NCBI GenBank assembly: GCA_963845755.1
Contig: CAWJTV010000011.1
Coordinates: forward strand, 736,001 to 800,000
Direction: 5' to 3'
DNA: 64,000 nt
Source of the DNA: an uncultured Planctomycetota bacterium
GTDB taxonomy: Bacteria; Planctomycetota; Planctomycetia; Isosphaerales; Isosphaeraceae
A program made the position numbers and the translations under genes. Shown in pieces: positions 20,261 through 33,361 of the stretch. Numbering within the stretch: position 1 is the first letter of the stretch; each line of letters begins with the position of its first letter. Below the pieces are notes generated by a model, which worked only from the letters and a program-made list of their open reading frames with translations, ran no database searches and was not told the DNA's origin.

Positions 20261-22321
20261 ATGTTGACCCCCAAGTGGAGATTCATCGCCCTGGCCCGGG
20301 TGTTCCTTGGCGTCGTCGCGACGAGCGCGAGTTATCTGGCTCCCGCCCTTGCCGTGGACGATGACGCCAACCCGAAGCCGGCTCCCGGGCCGGATGTTCG
20401 TCGTCGGCCGCGTGCTCGACGCGAACGGCAAACCGGTGCCCGGCGCCACGGTCGCGGTCTATGCGCAGCACCTCGCGTGCGGGCCTGGTCCCCGCCTTTT
20501 TTTGTCGATAAGGGGCCAGGTTTCGATCGGCGAACGTCCGCGCCGACGATCTGGGCCGGTTCCGGATCGATGCACCTCGTACGTCATCGTCGCATCATGA
20601 GGCGTTCGGCGCCATCGCCCTGGCGCCCGGTCACGGTATCGGCTGGGTCGACCTCGATCCCGACGACGATCAGCCCACTGCCGACATCACACTCCGGCCA
20701 GAGCACGTGATCCATGGGCGGCTCTTCGACCTGCAAGGCCAGCCTGTCTCGAATGTCACGCTCGCGGTCGCGATCGATCCGTCGATCCAAGTCCACCGGA
20801 TCCGGCCGCGGTCCCGGAGACCGCTCGAGGGTGTTCGTCTATTCGTATACCAAAATCAATGATCTTCCGGCCTGGCCCCGGCCGGTGATGAGCGACTCCG
20901 AGGGCCGCTTCACCCTGCGCGGCCTGGGCCGGGGCCTGGATGCGCTCCTCACCGTCCATCACCCACGATTCGCCCTCCAGAGAATTGAGATCGAGCCGGA
21001 TGACCACTTCGAAATCGAAGCCGAGTGACGGCGGCGCTGATGCCGGCTCAGATCCTGACCGGACGCGTGACCTATGCCGACACGGGCGAGGGAGTTCCTC
21101 ATGCCCCGCTTGAGGTGATGGCCAGTCACGGGAGAGCCGTCATCCCCTCCGCATTCGAGACCGACGACCAGGGCCGGTTCCGCGTGGATCCTCCGCCGGC
21201 AGACCGCGTCTTCGGCGTCCTGGCCCATCCCCCGAGAGGACAGCCCTATCTCATCGCCCGGGGACGTGTCGATTGGCCCAAGGGCGCGCTCGAGCAATCC
21301 CTGGACCTCGCCTTGCCGCGTGGCGTCTTGATCCACGGCACGGTCACTGAGGAGGGCTCCGGCAAGCCCGTCGCGGGCGCGACCGTCGACTTCGGCGCAT
21401 GGGCGGCGGAGCTTGGCGGAAAGCGGAAGCATCATCCTCGATACCGCAGCCGATGGCTCATTTCAACTCGGAGCGATGCTCGGCCCGGGTTGCCTCTTCA
21501 TCCAGGGGCCCAGCGACGATTACGTGTTCCAGTCCATCGACACTCAGATGGTTAATGCAGGCCGGCCCGGCGGCGGCCGGCTCTACTCGCACGCCCATCA
21601 GTTGCTCGACCTGAAACCCGGTGTCGCCAGTCAGGAAGTCCACGTCGTGCTTCGCCGCGGCGCGACGGTGACCGGCCAGGTCGTCGGTCCCGATGGCCAG
21701 CCCGTCCGGGAGGCCTGGATCTTCAGCCGGGTCGTTCTCGATCCGAGACAAGTTCCGTGGCAGCGCTGGGCGGCTCGCCACCACGGCAAGGTGCACAACG
21801 GTCGTTTCGAAATCCACGGGCTCGACCGCGATACCGAGGTCCCCGTCTACTTCCTGGAACCGAATCGCAAGCTGGGCGGCACGGTGAATCTCTCGGGTAA
21901 GTCCGCGACCGGCGAGCCGGCCACCGTCCGCCTCAAGCCCTGCGGCGCGGCCAAGGCGCGAGTCGTCGGCCCCGTCGGCAAGCCGGTTGCGGGGCGGCTC
22001 CCGGGCACGATCATCACCATGGTCGTCACCCCCGGCCCACCCTCCTACGGTTTCCCGTCAGAACAGGCCAGCCTTCTCTCCGCCGACGAGGCCGCCCTGA
22101 ACCAGGTGGATACGGTCAACTACCCGGCCGAGGTCACGACTGATGCCGACGGCCGCATCACGCTCCCGGTCCTGATCCCCGGCGCGACGTATCGATTCAT
22201 CGACTACACCATGGCCGTCCGCGGCCAGACCGGCCCGACGGTCCGCAAGGAGTTCACCGTCAAGCCCGGCGAGACGCTCGATCTGGGCGACGTGCGGATC
22301 GAGAAGCCCCAATCGCCATGA
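20261..22321 (+). CDS. Array copy A: exported carboxypeptidase-regulatory-like repeat protein without sigma domain (several frameshifts)
   Basis: MLTPKWRFIALARVFLGVVATSASYLAPALA leader, then VVGRVLDANGKPVPGA, PAWP, DWPKGALEQ, GPSDDY, KEFTVKPGETLDLGDVRIEKP. Confidence 0.75.
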
Positions 22322-22372
22322 ATTCTTCGAACCGTCTCGCCGAACCGCACGTCGTGACCTCGGTCGTGAGAC

Positions 22373-22479
22373 CGTAGTTCGGACGGGGACCTCCAACCTC
22401 GCACGTCAGTGCGATTCACCCAGCCCCTCAGATCGGGCTGACGCCCGAGGCTGGTGGGCTGCGCCCCGTCCGAACCACG
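22373..22479. repeat. GTAG-type REP-like inverted pair
   Basis: cgtagttcggacgggg ... ccccgtccgaaccacg. Confidence 0.5.
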
Positions 22480-22528
22480 CACTCACCTGCCTGGTCGCGG
22501 GCAGGAGCCTCTACCAAGAACACAACTC

Positions 22529-22558
22529 GGGATAAAATATCGGACACCGGGGCAGTAT
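22529..22558 (+). promoter_or_regulatory. Putative ECF-type promoter GGGATA-N18-CAGTAT (copy B)
   Basis: Same motif and spacing precede all seven ECF fusion genes. Confidence 0.65.
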
Positions 22559-22605
22559 CCGCCAAGGGATGAGTTCTAACGAGGTTCCGGCAAGGGCCCA
22601 CGAGC

Positions 22606-25476
22606 ATGGCACATGCGGCATCCGGCTTCGTCGTCCGGCAAATCGGCTCGCTCTTCGATGGGGGTTCGGTCGCCGGATGGTCCGACCGGCAGCTCCTTGA
22701 TCGGTTCCTCTCGCGCCGCGATGCCGTCGCCGAGACCGCCTTCGCCGCGCTCGTGGCCCGGCACGGGCCGATGGTCCTGCACGTCTGCCGGCAGCTCCTG
22801 GGCGATCACCAGCATGCCGAGGACGCCTTCCAGGCCGTCTTCCTCGTGCTGGCCCGCCGGGCGCGGTCGGTTCGCGATCCCGATCGGCTGAGCAACTGGC
22901 TCTACGGTGTCGCGCTCCGAACCGCCCGCAAGGCCAGCGTCCGGCTCGCCCGCCGGCGCAAGAACGAGAGCGATCACGCCAGGAACGGCCCAGCTCCGGG
23001 ATCGGACCTTCCGGCCGATCAGTCGGTGATCGCTCGCGAGCAGGCCGAGATCCTGCACGACGAGATCGAGGGCTTACCAAAAGCCTTCCGCCTGCCGGTG
23101 GTGCTCTGCTACTTCGAGGGGCTCACGCTCGACGAGGCGGCGCAACGGCTGAGCTGGCCCGCGGGCACACTCCGCAGCCGACTCGCCCGGGCTCGCGACA
23201 AGCTCCGCCGCAGCCTCACCCGGCGCGGCATCGTCTTGCCCGCCGCCGCCCTGGCCGCGGTTCTCGACCCCAGGAGCGCCTCGGCCTCCGTCTCATCCCC
23301 CCTATGCGACATCACCTCCCGCGCTGCCATGAACTTCGCGGCCGGACAGGCCGCCGCGCCCGCCGCGACGGCCCTGGCCCAGGAGGTGCTGAGATCCATG
23401 CTGTTTCACAAGCTGAAGCTCACCGTGCTGACCTTGCTGTTCCTCGGCGCCGTCGCCAGCGGCGCGGGGTATTTGACTCGTGCCCTGGCGACGCGGGACG
23501 AGCCCAAGGCGCCGCAGCCGCGGATTGCGACGAAGCTCGATGAGGCTGCCCAGCGTCCGGCCGCGGGCCGGATGTTCGTAACCGGCCGCGTGCTCGACCC
23601 GACGGGAAAGCCGATGTCGAATGCGACCGTGATGGTCTACACGGCGCTCAAGCAGCCGGGGCGAGGCGATGCGTTCGATCAGAGGAGACCGTCGGCGATC
23701 GGCCGGGCGCGCAGCGACGGCTCGGGCCGGTTCCGGGTCAACGCGATTCGCACCACATCCGCCCGGCATCACCTTGCCGGCGCCGCCGCGCTGGCTCCCG
23801 GCTACGGCGCCGGCTGGATCGAGATCGACCCCGACGCCGACGCGCCGACCGGCGAGATCGTGCTCCGCCCCGAGCAGCTCATCGAGGGACGGCTGTTCGA
23901 TCTGAATGGCCAGCCGGTCCGTGGTGTTGAGGTGACGGTCTTGGGAATGGGCCGCGTGATCCTGATGAATCCGGGGACGACCACCGTTCGCGAATCCCTG
24001 GAGGGTCCTTTCTTTTCGCCGTATCACCCCAACGACCTGCCGGCCTGGCCCAGGCCGGCATTCAGCGACTCGGACGGCCGATTCACCGTGCGTGGGGTCG
24101 GCCGGGACGTTCGGGCGTTCCTCCTGATCCATGATCCACGGTTCGCCCAGCAGAGGGTTTCGATCGATACCGGCGGCACGTCGCGGTCGAAGTCGGTGAC
24201 GGCGGCCCTGGAGCCGGCCCGGACCATCGCGGGACAGGTCACCGATGCCGAGACCGGCCAGCCGATCCCCCATGTCCGGTTCGTGGTCTTGGCTTACAAG
24301 CACGGCGCCGGCATCGTCAACCTCTTCGAAGCCGACGACCAGGGCCGCTTCCGCATGAATCCACTGTCGGCCGACCGCTACAGCATCACCGCGTCAACCA
24401 CATCGGGCCCGCCTTATCTGAGAGCCTCGATCCGACCCTTCGACTGGCCCAAAGGGGCCATCGAGCACCGGATCGACCTTCTCTTGCGCCGGGGTGTGGT
24501 GATCCGGGGCAAGGTGATCGAGGAAGGCACGGACCGGCCCGTCGCCGGGGCGCGGGTCAGCTTCGGGGCGCGCCGGACGAACGACGAGGCGACCGCTGGC
24601 GGGAACGGCGCCGCGGAAACGGCGCCGGACGGCTCGTTCCAGCTCGCGGTACTGCCCACCCCCGGCTACCTGATCGTCCTGGGCCCGAGCGAGGATTACG
24701 TGTACCAGGAGATTGGCCAGCGGATGGTCCGCGAAGGTGAATCGGGCGGCCGGAGGGTCTACGCCCACGCCTTCATCCCCCACGACCCGAAGCTCGGCGG
24801 CGCGGGCTCGGAGGTCCGCGTGCCCCTTCGCCGGGGCATGACCGTGAAGGGTCGTACCATCGGACCGGATGACCGGCCAATCCCGGCAGCCGCGATGATC
24901 AGCCAGGTGTTCCTGCCGCCGTCGCCCAGCGTCTGGCTGTCCTGGCGCTCTGGCTACGCGGGCCAGGTGCGCGACGGCCGGTTCGAAATCCATGGCCTCG
25001 ATCCGCACGCCGAAATGCCCGTCCACTTCCTCGAGCCGAAAAGCAAGCTGGGTGCGACGGTCCACTTCTCGAGCAAATCGGCGAACGGCGAGCCTGTCAC
25101 TGTCCGGCTCGAGCCGTGCGGCACGGCCAAGGCGCGGCTGATCGACCGCAGTGGGAAACCGGTCGCGGGATTTCGCGGCGCGTCCCTGATCGCGATCATC
25201 GTCACACCCGGCGCCTCCCTCGGTGCGCCAGACCAGCGCGGGCAGCTCGCCGCCGATGAAGGCGGCCTGTTGGGGATCGACCCGATCAACTACGCCCCGG
25301 GTCCCGTGTCCGACGCCGAGGGTCGCATCGCGCTGCCCGCCCTTATCCCCGGGGCGACCTATAGCGTCCGCACGTCTTCCCGAGGCGCCCGGCCCTCGTT
25401 CCGCAAGGACTTCACCGTCAAGCCCGGCGAGACTCTCGACCTGGGCGACATCCGGATCGAGAAGCCGGAGCGATGA
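22606..25476 (+). CDS. Array copy B: membrane-anchored ECF sigma factor with extracytoplasmic carboxypeptidase-regulatory-like repeats (intact, 956 aa)
   Basis: SDRQLLDRF..AFAALVARHGPMV..AEDAFQAVFLVL (region 2); LPKAFRLPVVLCYFEGLTLDEAA..GTLRSRLARAR (region 4); TM KLKLTVLTLLFLGAVA; repeated GRV.D..G.P / DGRF units. Confidence 0.92.
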   Translation: MAHAASGFVVRQIGSLFDGGSVAGWSDRQLLDRFLSRRDAVAETAFAALVARHGPMVLHVCRQLLGDHQHAEDAFQAVFLVLARRARSVRDPDRLSNWLYGVALRTARKASVRLARRRKNESDHARNGPAPGSDLPADQSVIAREQAEILHDEIEGLPKAFRLPVVLCYFEGLTLDEAAQRLSWPAGTLRSRLARARDKLRRSLTRRGIVLPAAALAAVLDPRSASASVSSPLCDITSRAAMNFAAGQAAAPAATALAQEVLRSMLFHKLKLTVLTLLFLGAVASGAGYLTRALATRDEPKAPQPRIATKLDEAAQRPAAGRMFVTGRVLDPTGKPMSNATVMVYTALKQPGRGDAFDQRRPSAIGRARSDGSGRFRVNAIRTTSARHHLAGAAALAPGYGAGWIEIDPDADAPTGEIVLRPEQLIEGRLFDLNGQPVRGVEVTVLGMGRVILMNPGTTTVRESLEGPFFSPYHPNDLPAWPRPAFSDSDGRFTVRGVGRDVRAFLLIHDPRFAQQRVSIDTGGTSRSKSVTAALEPARTIAGQVTDAETGQPIPHVRFVVLAYKHGAGIVNLFEADDQGRFRMNPLSADRYSITASTTSGPPYLRASIRPFDWPKGAIEHRIDLLLRRGVVIRGKVIEEGTDRPVAGARVSFGARRTNDEATAGGNGAAETAPDGSFQLAVLPTPGYLIVLGPSEDYVYQEIGQRMVREGESGGRRVYAHAFIPHDPKLGGAGSEVRVPLRRGMTVKGRTIGPDDRPIPAAAMISQVFLPPSPSVWLSWRSGYAGQVRDGRFEIHGLDPHAEMPVHFLEPKSKLGATVHFSSKSANGEPVTVRLEPCGTAKARLIDRSGKPVAGFRGASLIAIIVTPGASLGAPDQRGQLAADEGGLLGIDPINYAPGPVSDAEGRIALPALIPGATYSVRTSSRGARPSFRKDFTVKPGETLDLGDIRIEKPER

Positions 25477-25536
25477 CCGATGCGACGATCCCATCTGGGT
25501 TTCCATCGCGGATTCGCCGATAATCGAACACGACCC

Positions 25537-25566
25537 GGGATAAACGGAACCTCGGCACCACAGTAT
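25537..25566 (+). promoter_or_regulatory. Putative ECF-type promoter GGGATA-N18-CAGTAT (copy C)
   Basis: GGGATA 25537-25542, CAGTAT 25561-25566. Confidence 0.6.
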
Positions 25567-25595
25567 CTCGCGAGGGGATGAGAAACGATCGGACT

Positions 25596-25918
25596 GATTC
25601 ACCACAGAGTCACAGAGAACGCAGAGAAAAACGTCGGCTGCATCCTGGTCTCGTCGGCGCCTGGGAATCGCCTCCTGCCGGAGGATCGGACCGAAGACCA
25701 GGATTGGCGAGTCATTCTGTCTTCTCGATGCTCTCTGTACTACTAATCTTGGAAATCTTGTACGGCGAGCAAGAGTTCCTAATGGATCAAAGAGCAAGGG
25801 GTTACATCAATGAAATACATCGAAAAATGTTTATCTGTGCTCTCTGTGTGCTCTGTGGTGAATCTCTTCTGATTGATTGGTTGGTTGCGGCTCGGCCGCG
25901 CTGTGTCTCTGTTGTGAG
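25596..25918. repeat. CACCACAGAG(A/T)CACAGAG ... CTCTGTG(T/C)CTCTGTGGTG inverted-repeat element carrying a 162-bp insertion
   Basis: Same element without the insert at ~36455-36610, and a related one at 47875-48053. Confidence 0.7.
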
Positions 25919-25959
25919 TCATCCGGGTCTTCGACGTTTCGCCGAGAGAGTCTGCGTTC

Positions 25960-29181
<3,222 letters not shown>

Positions 29182-29182
<1 letters not shown>

Positions 29183-29556
29183 TGCGTTTCAAGACCGACG
29201 AGAATCTGCCGGTGAAGGTGGCCGAGTTGCTGCGTCAGTACCAGCACGATGCCCTCAGCGTGCAGGACCAGCAGATGGCCGGCCAGGGCGATCCCCAGGT
29301 CGCGAGCGTCTGTCAGGCGGAAGGCCGCGCCCTCGTGACGTGCGACCTTGACTTCTCCGACATTCGGGCCGACCCGCCGGAGGATTATCACGGGATCATC
29401 GTCTTGCGTCCGGCGGTCCAGAGCGACTCGTCCTTGCTACGGTTGGTGAACCGCGCTATACCTTTGATCGATGTGGAACGCCTGGATGGGTGCATCTGGG
29501 TCGTCAACGACCATCGCGTCCGGATCCGGGGGACAGGGTCGCCGGGCACTCCCTGA
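29182..29556 (+). CDS. DUF5615 family PIN-like toxin
   Basis: MRFKTDENLP...EGRALVTCDLDFSD...GIIVLR; TGATG coupling to DUF433. Confidence 0.88.
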
Positions 29557-29639
29557 GCGTCCGCCGGTGTTTTCGGAATGAGCTGGGACAAGACGACCGG
29601 CACTGCCGGACTGAGAATCTCCGAGAATCGTAACCACCC

Positions 29640-29669
29640 GGGATAAAATGTCGGACACCGGGGCAGTAT
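29640..29669 (+). promoter_or_regulatory. Putative ECF-type promoter GGGATA-N18-CAGTAT (copy D)
   Basis: GGGATA 29640-29645, CAGTAT 29664-29669. Confidence 0.65.
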
Positions 29670-29716
29670 CCGCCAAGGGATGAGTTCTAACGAGGTTCCG
29701 GCAAGGGCCCACGAGC

Positions 29717-32623
29717 ATGGCGCATGCGGCATCCGGCTTCGTCGTCCGGCAAATCGGCTCGCTCTTCGACGGCGGTTCCGTCGCGGGCTTGTCCGACCGG
29801 CAGCTCCTCGACCGGTTCATCGCGCGCCGCGATGCCGCCGCCGAGTCCGCCTTCGCCGCACTCGTGGCCCGGCACGGGCCGATGGTCCTGCACGTCTGCC
29901 GGCAGCTCCTGGGCGATCACCAGCATGCCGAGGACGCCTTCCAGGCCGTCTTCCTCGTGCTGGCCCGCCGGGCGCACACGGTTCGCGATCCCGATCGGCT
30001 GAGCAACTGGCTGTATGGGGTGGCGCTCCGAACCGCTCGCAAGGCCAGGGTCCGGCTCGCCCGCCGGCGCAAGAACGAGAGCGATCACGCCAGGAGCGGC
30101 CCGGACCCGGGATCGGGCCTCCCGGCCGATCAGTCGGCGATGGCTCGCGAGCAGGCCGAGATCCTCCACGACGAGATCGATCGACTCCCCAAGTCGTTCC
30201 GCCTGCCCGTGGTGCTCTGCTACTTCGAAGGGCTCGCGCTCGACGAGGCGGCGCAACGGCTGCGCTGGCCCGAGGGCACGTTCCGCAGTCGACTCGCCCG
30301 GGCGCGCGACAAGCTCCGACGCGGCCTCACCCGCCGCGGCGTCGTCTTGCCCGCCGCCGCACTCGCCGCGGTTCTCGAAGCTCGGCCCGCCTCAGCCTCC
30401 GTCCCATCCCCCCTGCGTGACATGACGACCCGGGCCGCGATCACGTTCGCGGCCGGAGATGCCGTCGCACCCGCCGCGACAGCCCTGGCCCGGGAGGTGC
30501 TCAGATCCATGCTGATCCACAAGCTGAAGCTCACCGTGCTGGCCCTGATCTTCCTCGGCGCCGTCGCCGGCGGCGCGGGCTTCGTCGGCCGGGCATCGGG
30601 ACGTCAGGCTGGAAAGCCTGATCTACGGGAACGTCAGGCTGGAAAGCCTGACCTACGGGAACGTCAGGCTGGAGAGCCTGACCTACGGCCGGCGCCCGGC
30701 CGGATGTTCGTCGCCGGCCGCGTGCTCGACGCGAACGGAAAGCCGGTGCCCGGTGCCACCGTCGCGGCCTATGCGATGAACCTGGCAGCCGGACAGACCC
30801 CCTACCGGAGGGCCCAGATCCCGATCGGGGATGCTCGCGCCGACGCCTCGGGCCGATTCCGAATCGATGCGCCGCGGATATCCTCGTCGCGGTATGATGT
30901 CTTCGGCGCCATTGCCCTGGCGCCCGGCCACGGCGCCGGCTGGGTCGTGCTCGATCTCGACGATGAGCAGCCCACCGGCGACATCACGCTCCCACCGGAG
31001 CAAATCATCCACGGGCGACTGTTCGACCTGCAAGGCCGGCCCGTCCCGGACGTCACGCTCGCGACGGCGAATCTCCACCGTCTCCTCCCGCCGGCCCCGG
31101 CCGGGGCTCGCGGGCGATTCGGGCGATTCGATGGCATCATGTATGGGTATACCCATATCAATGATTTTCCCGCCTGGCCCAAACCGATGATCACTGACGC
31201 CGAGGGCCGCTTCACCCTGCGCGGGCTGGGCCGCGGCTTTGGTTCGACCCTCACCGTCCATCACCCGCGGTTCGCCCTCCAGCGCGTCGAGGTCGAGGCG
31301 GATGGCACGTCGGAATCGAAGGCGATGACCGCGGCGCTGATGCCGGCCCAGATCGTCACCGGGCGCGTGACCTATGCCGACACCGGCGCGGGCGTGCCTC
31401 ATGCCCCGCTCGAGGTGTTGCCCAGACTTGGGAGACCGCGTCACCCTCTCCGAATTCAAGACCGACGACTCGGGCCGGTTCCGCGTGAATCCCCCGCCCG
31501 CGGACCGCACCGTCACCATCATCGCCTTTGCCCCTGAGGGACAGCCCTACCTCACCGCCACCGTGAGCATCGAGTGGCCCAAGGGCGCGCTCGAGCAATC
31601 TCTCGACCTCGCCCTCCCGCGCGGCGTCCTGATCCACGGCACGGTCACCGAGGAGGGCTCCGGCAAGCCCGTCCCGGGGGCGACCATCGCGTTCCTCGAG
31701 CGGGGGCGGCGGGGCTCCCGGCTCGGCGGGAATGTCTACATCGAGACCGCGGCCGACGGCTCATTTCGATTCGGGGTCAAGCCCAGCCCCGGCTGCCTCT
31801 TCATCGCGGGCCCCGCCGACGATTACGTGTCCCAGGCCATCGGCTCCCGGATGGTCCACGAAGGCCAGCCGGGCGGCGAACGGATGTACGCGCACGCCTA
31901 CCGCTTGCTCGACCTGAAGCCGGGCATCGACAGCCAGGAAGTCCCCGTCGTGCTCCGCCGCGGCGCGACGGTGACCGGCCAGGTCGTCGGACCCGATGGA
32001 CTGCCGGTCCGCGAGGCCTCGATCTTCAGCCGGGTCATCCTCGATCCGAGACAGAATACGTCGGTGACCTGGGCCACTCCTCAGCGGCACGGCCGGGTGC
32101 GCAACGGTCGCTTCGAAATCCACGGGCTCGATCCCGATACCGAGGTCCCCGTCTACTTCCTCGAGCCGAAGCGCAAGCTGGGCGGCGCGGTGAATCTGTC
32201 GGGCAAGTCGTCGGCCGGCGGGCCGGTCACCATCCGGCTCGAGCCCTGCGGAGCCGCCAGGGCGCGGGTCGTCGGTCCCGATGGCAAGCCGGTCGCGGGC
32301 GTCTTGCCACGCAACACATCCAGATGGTCGTCACCCCCGGTCCAACCTCCAGCTCGGCGCCAGACCAGGCCGGCCTCACCTTCGCCGACGAGGCCGACCT
32401 GTCCCAGATTGACGCGGTCAACTACAAGTCGGAGCTGGTCTCGGATGCCGAGGGCCGCATCACGCTCCCGGCCCTGATCCCGGGCTCGACGTATCGATTC
32501 ATCGACTTCACCACGCGCCGGCGCGGTGTGGCCGGCCCTCAGGTCCGCAAGGAGTTCACCGTCAAGCCCGGCGAGACGCTCGACCTGGGTGATGTCCGGA
32601 TCGAGAAGCCACGGCCACAGTAG
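29717..32623 (+). CDS. Array copy D: membrane-anchored ECF sigma fusion (frameshifts ~31420, ~32310)
   Basis: Sigma regions 2/4 near-identical to copy B; TM; RQAGKPDLRE x3 linker; ends RIEKPRPQ. Confidence 0.87.
30601..30688. repeat. Three in-frame 30-bp REP-derived repeats (GTCAGGCT-GGAA-AGCCTGAC-CTAC) inside copy D
   Basis: 8-bp hairpin followed by CTAC (GTAG on minus strand); encodes RQAG(K/E)PDLR. Confidence 0.8.
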
Positions 32624-32636
32624 GGTGTTCTCCCCG

Positions 32637-32906
32637 TCAATCCTGAGATCCGAGGAGTCGCTCACGAACCGATTCGATCGAGGAGACGCGACCACTCCGG
32701 ACATCCTCGTGCGCGTGCTCCACCAGGTCCCGGAACGACGGATTACGTTCGATCAAACCCTCGAGGAACCCGGAATCGTCCGGACGGATGGGCAGCAGCT
32801 CGAAGATCGGTTGGCCCTCCCGGGTCACGACCACGGGCGAGGTCTGGCACTCGTCCGCGTAGCGTTCAAGGTTCGCTTTCGCTTCCTTCAGGTCGATCAC
32901 TGTCAT
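32637..32906 (-). CDS. Phd/YefM-like antitoxin
   Basis: MTVIDLKEAKANLERYADEC..PVVVTREGQP. Confidence 0.8.
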   Translation of the reverse strand: MTVIDLKEAKANLERYADECQTSPVVVTREGQPIFELLPIRPDDSGFLEGLIERNPSFRDLVEHAHEDVRSGRVSSIESVRERLLGSQD

Positions 32907-33213
32907 GAGCCGTGTACTCCTTCCCCAGGACATAGAGCTGATTCCCTCGCTTCTCGCCCACCACGAGCACGTTCACGTTCACGGTCCGATCCTCTTCCGC
33001 GACATCGTACAAGACACGAGAGTCGCCCAGACGTAGTTCCCAGGTCGCCACTTCATTCGGACGCATGAGTTTGACGCGACGCGTCTCCAGTGTGGGCTGA
33101 TGGCGGCGGTGATTCTCGATACCATGGAGTACGATCCGCTGCGCGTATCGAGAGAGCCCGCCCAGATGTCTGGCCGCTTCATCCGCGATGTTGATAGCAT
33201 ACGCCTCGGCCAT
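32866..33213 (-). CDS. RelE/ParE family toxin
   Basis: YAINIADEAARHL...WELRLGDSRVLYDV...VLVVGEK; lies upstream of and overlaps the antitoxin. Confidence 0.82.
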   Translation of the reverse strand: MAEAYAINIADEAARHLGGLSRYAQRIVLHGIENHRRHQPTLETRRVKLMRPNEVATWELRLGDSRVLYDVAEEDRTVNVNVLVVGEKRGNQLYVLGKEYTAHDSDRPEGSESEP

Positions 33214-33281
33214 GGGCGGGCTCGGAGATTGCGACGATCCTCCAATGCATTATGGCGCGTCCTTCGTTTTCCGGACAACCC

Positions 33282-33311
33282 GGGACAAGCGGATCGGCAA
33301 CCGGGCAGTAT
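33282..33311 (+). promoter_or_regulatory. Putative ECF-type promoter GGGACA-N18-CAGTAT (copy E)
   Basis: GGGACA 33282-33287, CAGTAT 33306-33311. Confidence 0.6.
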
Positions 33312-33361
33312 CCGGCAAGGGATGAGCAGGAACCCAGTTTGGCGTCAGGGAGCCCACGGGG

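Noticed and set aside
30601..30688. 30-bp palindromic direct repeats as a CRISPR array
   Set aside because: Units are adjacent with no unique spacers, lie in frame inside a CDS, and no cas genes are present
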